This document shows positions 1 to 8,597 of a stretch of 26,946 nucleotides of DNA, in pieces. Under the pieces are notes generated by a model that searched no databases, was not told the DNA's origin, and saw only the letters and a list, made by a program, of their open reading frames with translations. The translations under genes and the position numbers were made by a program. Where the stretch lies: NCBI GenBank assembly GCA_002269645.1, contig NIVC01005076.1:1-26946 (forward strand), in the 5' to 3' direction. Positions within the stretch are counted from its first letter, which is position 1; every line of letters starts with the position of its first letter. The stretch is from Macrostomum lignano. Taxonomy: Eukaryota.

Positions 1-567
1 GCGAGTATTGAGTCGTCCGACTGGCGGGCCGCCCCTACAGGACTGGCTGGAGGCATACCGGAACACGCCGCACACAAGCACCGGGGCGACGCCCGCGGAG
101 CTCATGTTTCAACGACAAGTGCAGGACTGCATTCCCAGCGTGCAGCAGCGCAGCCAGCAGCCACGGAACCTAGCGGCAGTCAGAGCTCGTGACAACGCCG
201 CTAAGCAACGAATGACGCGCAACGCAGACAGCCGCAGGAGAGCGCCAGCCACAGCATCAAGTCCGGCGACCTGGTGCTGCGACGACGGAGACCGGCCACG
301 AAAGGAGAAACACCCTTCGAACCAGAGGCCTGGGTCGTCGCGAAAGTGCAGGGAGACTCGCTCGTGCTGCACAGAGGACGCGAGTCCTGCATGCGCCACA
401 TCACGGATCTAAAGCGGCTTACGGTGCAAAGTCCACAACCGCCACCGTTCACGCCCCCGCGGCCGGCCCCACAGACGCCAGACTGCGGCGAGCAACCACC
501 GGAGGCGATCGCCCAGCGCGCGCATCCACGCGCGTGCAAAGGTCAACCAAGGAATCTAAATATCTGA
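1..567 (+). pseudogene. Ty3/Gypsy LTR-retrotransposon pol, integrase C-terminal part, frameshifted
   Basis: Stitching three segments gives ASIESSDWRAA / LQDWLEAYRNTPHTSTGATPAELMFQRQVQDCIP...ARDNAAKQRMTRNADSRRRA / HSIKSGDLVLRRRRPATKGETPFEPEAWVVAKVQG...RHITDLKR. The segments are frame 1 to ~33, frame 2 from ~35 to ~245 and frame 1 from ~250; stop at 565-567. The DW..L..YRNTPH.STG.TPAEL and GDLVL motifs are typical of Gypsy integrase ends. Confidence 0.88.
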
Positions 568-717
568 TCGGTTCGCTGAATTTTTTAAATGATTAACTGA
601 CTTGACTTATACTAGGTGACAAAGTGACTTTTGCATGCCTTTACTCATTTACTTCATAGACAGCGTTTATGTACTCATCATCTTTTTTTAACTGCTACTG
701 GCTGATCGCGCTTTTGT

Positions 718-732
718 GGTGGGGGAATGATC
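718..732 (+). other. Putative polypurine tract and start of the 3' LTR of the Gypsy element
   Basis: GGTGGGGGAA (718-727) is followed directly by TG at 728, about 160 bp after the integrase stop, the expected PPT-LTR layout. The LTR 3' end cannot be fixed; GATCA at 1120-1124 is only a 5-bp inverted match to TGATC. Confidence 0.5.
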
Positions 733-1443
733 CGCCATGCGGCTAATGCAATTATTTTTATCTCTTTTATAATTTGCTTTCGCCCAATTGTTTATTCCGT
801 AAAAAATATTTCAATAACCCACATACCGATTTTATGCCTATCCATCAGTCTGCTTTCCGCAAATGCTCGCGCGCTGACAGCTGCCATCCAATGCGTTTTT
901 AATTCCTGTTTTAATCCGCTCGGGAAGGATGTGAGCCGTCCCCGTGCGCTGCGCGCTCTTGTCAGCCCCGCTGTTCAATGTACTATCCCTCCCACCAGCC
1001 AACTTAACCCTTCGGCCCTTGCAATATTCAAACCCTACCCCATTCAGTTCTTCTCTCCTCTGCAGCCAATCGGCTTGAGCTTTGGCCCTTCTAGCATTAT
1101 GTACATCGTATTGCATATCGATCAACCACAATATATAATAGCACGCAAGGCTAAGTGGAAGCCTAAGCTTTTTTTCATTCGCAATTAATTGAGCCTTTAC
1201 AATGCTATGTAGGCTTGGTATTTCAGCAAAAACAGCTCTAGCGATGAGGCGACGAGGCGCGCGACCCTAGTATAGATGCAGGATGAAAACTAACCACCCT
1301 AAGCCGACAGACAGACAGGGAGAACCAAGGCAATGGGCCTGCTTGGCACCGCGGTACATTCCGGACTCGTTCCCTTCGGCAGTAGGGGCACCTGGGAGAG
1401 CGGTTTGTGAGGGAACTAATTATTTATGAATTACCGGCATTGG

Positions 1444-1977
1444 CCTAGAGTAGCCATAGATATCCAATGGATTAGCCATAGATATCCCTTAGATTGCCAA
1501 TAGAAATCCCCTAGATTAGCCATAGATCCATAGATATCCTTTAGAGTAACTATAGATATCCCATAGATACCCCTAGATTAACCATAGATAGCCCAAGATT
1601 ACCCATAAATACCCTAGATTACCCATAAATACCCCTAGATTACCCATAAATACCCCTAGATTACCCATAAATACCCCTAGATTACCCATAAATACCCCTA
1701 GATTACCCATAAATACCCCTAGATTACCCATAAATACCCCTAGATTACCCATAAATACCCCTAGATTACCGATAAATACCCCTAGATTACCCATAAATAC
1801 CCCTAGATTACCCATAAATACCCCTAGATAACCCATAAATACTCCTAGATTACCCGTAAATACCCCTAGATTACCCATAGATACCCTAGATTAGCCATAG
1901 ATACCCCTAGATTACCCATAGAGATCCCCTAGATTAGCCATAGAGATCCCCTAGATTAACCATAGATACCCCTAGAT
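1444..1977. repeat. 21-bp minisatellite (CCCCTAGATTACCCATAAATA) with degenerate flanks
   Basis: Homogeneous 21-bp core at ~1600-1880. Both flanks carry diverged TAGATTAGCCATAGATA(T)CCCC variants. Confidence 0.95.
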
Positions 1978-2938
1978 CACTCATCGATAAAAACGCAAGC
2001 AGCCAGCCAGAATTCAAATCTGTCAGCCGCGCCCCCCATGCCCAGCAGTCTGTTTGCATGACTTTCAGAAAAGCTAAAAGTAAAACTTGGTATCTGGTTT
2101 AGTTTAGACTAACAGGGTTGGGAAGTTATTTTGGCAAAACTGTGAAACCGGACCGGAGAAATTTCGACTGCAGTTTCTGACAGACCGATTTTTGTTCTGG
2201 CACCAAAGGTGGAACTTTGCGAAGATTACTGTCACCATAATACTGCGCATCAAATGCTGATGGCATTAGCGCAGTCCCCGAATAACTGTACTGATTGCTG
2301 TACTGAAGCAGCGGTGACACTAAATGGAACTTTCTCAGGCTAAATCTGTATCAAGGAGATCTAGAAATCAAAGGCACCGACAGCCGGTGAATTTACCAGT
2401 TGCTATCGCGAGGAAAGCTGCGGCACCCCAGACTGGGGCTGTTTTCATTTCAAACTGCCAACTCACCTGTTTGTGCAACGAGAGTGCGAACGCTATTTAG
2501 AACCATCGACCATTCCAGACTTGTCCGGAAATCGTCAAAGGTGGCCACTAACATTTAACTGCAATAAATGCGTGATTGACAGATCAGATGGACCAGATAA
2601 GTTCGCATCTAATGAGTATCTCCGACTATTCAGTGCTTACAAATATGTTGAATATTTTTTCACTTCTGTGCACTGCTCATTTCTGTTCAAGGTTCGCATT
2701 TGTTCAATTGGCCGAATCTGTGGGTTTTCAAATGAAGCTGGAGTTGCTGAGGCTCCAAACAAAATGGGATCCATGGTTTTCAGGGACTGCACTTTTCCAC
2801 ACGAGTTCAGGCGGAGTTTCGAATCCGTCAAAGTGAAGAGAGCTCAGAATTCTGAATGAGTCGAGCACTCAAAGGATTTCGGTTGGTTTATGTCTGAGCA
2901 GATGCAGGCAGCTGACAGAATGTACGTATTTTCCAAAC

Positions 2939-3297
2939 ATGAGTCAGTGGCGCCAATACAGATGAGTCAGTGGCGCCAATACAGATGAGTCAGTGGCGCC
3001 AATACAGATGAGTCAGTGGCGCCAATAAAGATGAGTCAGTGGCGCCAATACAGATGAGTCAGTGGCGCCAATACAGATGAGTCAGTGGCGCCAATACAGA
3101 TGAGTCAGTGGCGCCAATACAGATGAGTCAGTGGCGCCAATACAGATGAGTCAGTGGCGCCAATACAGATGAGTCAGTGGCGCCAATACAGATGAGTCAG
3201 TGGCGCCAATACAGATGAGTCAGTGGCGCCAATACAGATGAGTCAGTGGTGCCAATACAGATGAGTCAGTGGCGCCAATACAGGTGAGTCAGTGGCG
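2939..3297. repeat. 23-bp minisatellite (ATGAGTCAGTGGCGCCAATACAG), ~15.6 copies
   Basis: GAGTCAG recurs at 2941, 2964, 2987 ... 3286 (15 x 23). I saw only three substitutions. Confidence 0.97.
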
Positions 3298-3691
3298 GTC
3301 CTGCAGTCCGAGATCCTCTGCCAACCGTCAGATGGTGGGCAGGTTGATTTACATTACGGATTTTGCAGGTACGAAGCCAAGAATGAAATTAATAAAATTT
3401 GTTTTGTAGGTCCAAAACATCAAAAATTGTGTTTAGACTTGTGGTACTAAGAGCAACATACGCTCGTAATGTATTCAAAATATTCATACACGAATTTTTA
3501 CAATTTTTTTAACTTAAGCTGAACAAAGATGCTGAAATTTTACCAAAGCAAGTTTACCGATTGACTTATACAAATCGAAGCATTTTATAATTTTCTATTG
3601 AATTTTTACCGATATAATAAAATAGATTTCTTTAGATAGATAAATAGATGATGGCACTAGATAAAATAACGGAATTGTAGCTGATGCTTAC

Positions 3692-3795
3692 GAGCTATCA
3701 GGCTGTCAGTCACTGAATGTTCATGAGGGAGCTGTCAGGCTGTCAGTCACTGAATGTTCATGAGGGAGCTGTCAGGCTGTCAGTCACTGAATGTT
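3692..3795. repeat. 37-bp tandem repeat, ~2.8 copies
   Basis: GAGCT(A/G)TCAGGCTGTCAGTCACTGAATGTT(CATGAGG) starts at 3692, 3729 and 3766. Confidence 0.95.
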
Positions 3796-4342
3796 AAGTC
3801 ACCCGTTTCCCAGGGTTCCAACTGCATCAGTGAGGAGAGGCTTGATTTACCTGAGACCAGCCAGATGAGAAGCTTGTCCTTAATTGGTGCAGGTGTAGTC
3901 GATTGCATTAGTGGCTACATCGCTCGTCAGCTGTTGCCCGACTGAGTTGTCAGACATGTCGCGAAGCCCTGGTCAGCGAAGAGAGTTCTACTCCACTTCT
4001 GCAGCTAAAAGATCGGGGTGGCCTTTGTCATCCGTCAGAAGAGCTGTGTCGCCTGTGCCGTATGTTCGAGCAGACTTTTAGGAGTCACTCCAACGTTGCT
4101 CTTGGTTGCATTAGAATCGAGGCTCTGTTGCAGCAACGGTTAGAGCTGCAATTTCTACTTGTGTCTTCCAAAATATCTGCTGCGAGGCAGCGATTGATGA
4201 AAATCACCGATACGGAATTCTAAAGATGGTCGCCGAGAAATACACGCGAATAAAGCTCCTTCATACAGTTCGGCGCCAAAATATGATCAGTCCATCGATG
4301 CGTTCTCAACTTGTTAAGAAAATTCTCTTTCTTGGTCAGTGA
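3796..4342 (+). pseudogene. P-element/THAP9-like transposase C-terminal fragment, frameshifted
   Basis: Frame 1 reads SLSLIGAGVVDCISGYIARQLLP. After a shift at ~3938, frame 3 reads RLSCQTCREALVSEESSTPLLQLKDRGGLCHPSEELCRLCRMFEQTFR. After a shift at ~4135, frame 2 reads TVRAAISTCVF...HRYGILKMVAEKYTRIKLLHTVRRQN...MRSQLVKKILFLGQ*, with TGA at 4340-4342. The GY.AR.L..C..C, K.RGGL..PS and R..L.K.ILF.GQ* motifs match P-superfamily transposase ends as I recall them. Confidence 0.85.
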
Positions 4343-4710
4343 GGATTAACGATATGTTAGGCATTTTTACTTCAGTATTTCTTCTGAATACTGGCTTCTT
4401 TGAAAGTTTAAGTTTTAAGTTAAAGTTAATAATTTCTGGTAGTTACTACATAAACTCAAAGCCATTAGTTTAATATGTTTATTTTTCAAAAGAATTTAAT
4501 GCCGCATTTGAATTTCCATGTATGTAAATACACTCAGCAACATTGAAAAGTGTCCACGTACTGCACAAAAGGCTACACTAGCTGAACGATTAGGGATTGA
4601 AAGGTTTTTAACTATGTTTGGGCCATAGACAATCAAAATAAGGCAACAAAGAATGAACAGCGAAACAAGTCCATGCCCATTTCCACGCTGTGTACGTGTC
4701 TAAAGCACAG

Positions 4711-4967
4711 TCAGTAACAGGTATAGATAGAAACCACGAGCAACCAACAGACCGCTCACTCGTCGAGACATTCCCGAACAAGGCGCCGCAGAAAGTCTTG
4801 TGGAAGCTGTTGCCACGCGATTGAAAGCGCATTGCGCAGCTGTACCATGTTCTAGGGGGATAGAGATTGTTGCACCGAATCGTGCGCTTCAGGAAATCCC
4901 ACACGTGCTCAATCGAGTTCATATCCGGTGATCTGGATGGCCAACGCAGAGTGCGCCAATCAGTCAT
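4711..4967 (-). pseudogene. Tc1/mariner (Tc1-type) transposase C-terminal fragment, frameshifted
   Basis: WPSRSPDMNSIEHVWDFLKRTI matches the WP..SPDLNPIE..W motif. Shifts at ~4847, ~4772 and ~4725 continue it as VQLRNALSIAWQQLPQDFLRRLVR / MSRRVSGLLVARG / TCY*, the canonical Tc1 end; stop at 4711-4713. Confidence 0.9.
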
Positions 4968-5599
4968 TTAGCGGACTATCGTTGTCACCTGCGTCCAGAT
5001 GCCTCCAGTAAACCTCTGTACACTCGTTACTGTAACACTTTTCCCTGTGACCCTATGTTATCAGTGATGACCCAAAACAAAGAAATGACGCACATCGTAG
5101 GGGATACCCGACAGGCCACATCACAGATATGACACTCCAAAAAAATATATCCGACCAGAATATTTCGAAATATGACACATAAAAGTTTCGCAAAAAACTA
5201 TAAATTTTGCATTACATGCTACTAATAGTAGAAATGCGAAAATAATTCGATCGCAGCTCCAAAGGGTTTCAAATAAATCGCATTAGACACAAGTCCAGCT
5301 ATTTTAGTTATATATATTATTTACTTGCAAATTTTATAATTATATTTTATGTGCATACGAATTTTAGTTATAATTAATAAGTTTTCAAATATTATATTAT
5401 CTTTACATGTTTCACATGTTAGAAAATAGTTATATTAGCATGTTGAAATAGTGCATTGGTAGGCAGTCACCGAATGGGCAAATGTACTCCTGCCGGCATG
5501 CGACTTGGGCCGCTCAGCTGGGCCGGGCGGCTGCTGGGCTGCGGTGGGCGGCTGCTCAGCTGATCCGGGCTGTGACGCATCGGTCTGAGTAGAGAAATT

Positions 5600-7300
5600 G
5601 CAGTTATTGGTAGAGACAGGGCAGAATGGTAGAGACAGGGCAGAATGGTAGAGACAGGGCAGTATGGTAGAGACAGGGCAGAATGGTAGAGACAGGGCAG
5701 AATGGTAGAGACAGGGCAGAATGGTAGAGACAGGGCAGTTATTGGTAGAGACAGGGCAGAATGGTAGAGACAGGGCAGAATGGTAGAGACAGGGCAGAAT
5801 GGTAGAGACAGGGCAGAATGGTAGAGACAGGGCAGTTATTGGTAGAGACAGGGCAGAATGGTAGAGACAGGGCAGTTATTGGTAGAGAAAGGGCAGAATG
5901 GTAGAGACAGGGCAGAATGGTAGAGACAGGGCAGAATGGTAGAGACAGGGCAGTTATTGGTAGAGACAGGGCAGAATGGTAGAGACAGGGCAGAATGGTA
6001 GAGACAGGGCAGAATGGTAGAGACAGGGCAGAATGGTAGAGACAGGGCAGTTATTGGTAGAGACAGGGCAGAATGGTAGAGACAGGGCAGTTATTGGTAG
6101 AGAAAGGGCAGAATGGTAGAGACAGGGCAGAATGGTAGAGACAGGGCAGTATGGTAGAGACAGGGCAGTATGGTAGAGACAGGGCAGAATGGTAGAGACA
6201 GGGCAGAATGGTAGAGACAGGGCAGAATGGTAGAGACAGGGCAGTATGGTAGAAACAGGGCAGTATGGTAGAGACAGGGCAGAATGGTAGAGACAGGGCA
6301 GAATGGTAGAGACAGGGCAGAATGGTAGAGACAGGGCAGAATGGTAGAGACAGGGCAGAATGGTAGAGACAGGGTAGAATGGTAGAGACAGGGCAGAATG
6401 GTAGAGACAGGGTAGAATGGTAGAGACAGGGCAGAATGGTAGAGACAGGGCAGTTATTGGTAGAGAAAGGGCAGAATGGTAGAGACAGGGCAGAATGGTA
6501 GAGACAGGGCAGTATGGTAGAGACAGGGCAGTATGGTAGAGACAGGGCAGAATGGTAGAGACAGGGCAGAATGGTAGAGACAGGGCAGAATGGTAGAGAC
6601 AGGGCAGAATGGTAGAGACAGGGCAGAATGGTAGAGACAGGGCAGAATGGTAGAGACAGGGTAGAATGGTAGAGACAGGGCAGAATGGTAGAGACAGGGT
6701 AGAATGGTAGAGACAGGGCAGAATGGTAGAGACAGGGTAGAATGGTAGAGACATGGTAGAATGGTAGAGACAGGGTAGAATGGTAGAGACAGGGCAGTAT
6801 GGTAGAAACAGGGCAGTATGGTAGACACAGGGCAGAATGGTAGAGACAGGGCAGAATGGTAGAGACAGGGCAGAATGGTAGAGACAGGGCAGAATGGTAG
6901 AGACAGGGCAGAATGGTAGAGACAGGGCAGAATGGTAGAGACAGGGCAGTATGGTAGAAACAGGGCAGTATGGTAGAGACAGGGCAGAATGGTAGAGACA
7001 GGGCAGAATGGTAGAGACAGGGCAGAATGGTAGAGACAGGGCAGAATGGTAGAGACAGGGCAGAATGGTAGAGAAAGGGCAGAATGGTAGAGACAGGGCA
7101 GAATGGTAGAGACAGGGTAGAATGGTAGAGACAGGGCAGAATGGTAGAGACAGGGTAGAATGGTAGAGACAGGGCAGAATGGTAGAGACAGGGTAGAATG
7201 GTAGAGACAGGGTAGAATGGTAGAGACAGGGTAGAATGGTAGAGACAGGGTAGAATGGTAGAGACAGGGTAGAATGGTAGAGACAGGGCAGTTATTGGTA
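5600..7300. repeat. 19-bp minisatellite (GGTAGAGACAGGGCAGAAT), ~89 copies, with sequence variants
   Basis: 19-bp period. Variants are GCAGTAT, GGGTAG, AGAAAGG and GTAGAAAC, plus a 21-bp GCAGTTATT form. Confidence 0.98.
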
Positions 7301-7770
7301 AAAATATTGCTCTTCACCTTCACTTACCATTAACTGGAATCGATCAGACGCGGCGAGCTCTTTCTCAAACGACTTTTGCCGCTTAGCGACGTCATAGCAT
7401 TTGCCTTTGCGGCTTATCAGCTGTTTTATGAACTCCAATTGTTTGGACATTTGGGTTAATTTATTGAAAAAATGAAATTAATTGACAAATAGAAATCTGG
7501 CTTTTTGAAAGGCCAACTGAAGTCCCATTTTATATGAAGCGGCAGTTTGACATCAACAAGTTCACTCTAATTTTCATTGGTTCGGAATGGGGTGGTCAAA
7601 ATATTTCACGTTCATAGTACGTGTCAAATCCACTATGCTTTTAGACTCAAAGGGGTGGACTGCTTCATTTCAGTAGTGACTCATTTTGACACCAAATTAC
7701 TTTGATTCAAAATGAAACATGCGCATTAACCAGCATGAAACATACATTAGGTACAATATGCCCCACTCAC

Positions 7771-7824
7771 ATTCACAGCCTCATTCACAGCCTCATTCAC
7801 TGCCTCATTCACAGCCTCACAGCC
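7771..7824. repeat. 12-bp tandem repeat (ATTCACAGCCTC), ~4.5 copies
   Basis: Units start at 7771, 7783, 7795 (one A>T) and 7807, followed by a partial unit. Confidence 0.9.
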
Positions 7825-8597
7825 AGACTCACTGATCGACCCTAATCCAGTTTGGGTTTCGAATACTCAGTTATTTCTGCATTTTCAATTCATTGAGTAG
7901 CTCTGTGAGATCCGCTGCTGTCAATATACAGTGGGCAGTGGATAAAAAATAAATGACACACAATGAATTGGATAGGAATTAAATGAATGATGCAAAATAG
8001 AAATTCGAGAAATAGATTAAATATGCAAGAAAAAGACGTATATGCTCAAAAATTAGGATGAAGTCAGTCATCAACAAATCAAAGAGTAGATAAAATTTCT
8101 CTTTGGTGACTAAATAAAGTTTACAATTTTACATATTTGGAACTGCTTGACACTATTCTTTACGATAATGGCGCAATCATAAGTTTGGTGCAACAAATTT
8201 GCTTAGATAGGTGTCTTCCACCATGAACCACCCATCACTGTCACCGAGCATTGCGCAATCTTGAGCATACCCAGAGCACGTATTTGCTTTTAAGCAATCG
8301 TGAGAACTGCGATTCTTATCTTTACTCAAAATCCAGCTACAGTGGAAAGATCGAGAAAAGCGCGAAACACACCTCCAAACAAACCGCTGTGCATAATACA
8401 AAACAATATATAGATAAAAAGTGGAACGCTCACAGCAGGTGACCAAACCAAAAGTAAAAGCAAAGCCCAATTGTATTTTGATAAAAAGCCATTACTAAAG
8501 AAGCTGGCGAAATATTTCTGAGCTAACCTGTCAATATCAAGTATAAGTTAAAATGTACGAGCGCAGTAAATTCAAACATGGATTTAAACTATAGCGG

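Noticed and set aside
727-1188. 153-aa ORF after the Gypsy integrase
   Set aside because: No recognisable motif; it starts at the putative PPT/LTR junction and is probably a chance ORF in LTR or flanking DNA.
1573-1878. 101-aa (MGNLGVF)n ORF
   Set aside because: It is a translation of the 21-bp minisatellite.
2100-2930. Short ORFs and splice-like sites as an upstream part of the P transposase or a host gene
   Set aside because: No frame gave convincing P-transposase or other motifs; a faint SSGG.SNP resemblance is too weak.
4574-4600. TA-CACTAGCTGAAC as the Tc1 terminal inverted repeat
   Set aside because: The position (135 bp from the stop) and TA-CACT start are plausible, but no partner TIR is visible, so it is unsupported.
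5954-7323. 266-aa and 289-aa minus-strand ORFs
   Set aside because: They are translations of the 19-bp minisatellite; the periodic peptide simply cycles through frames.
7482-8152. TTGACA hexamers as bacterial -35 promoter elements
   Set aside because: The context is eukaryotic, with no paired -10 boxes or operon-like genes.
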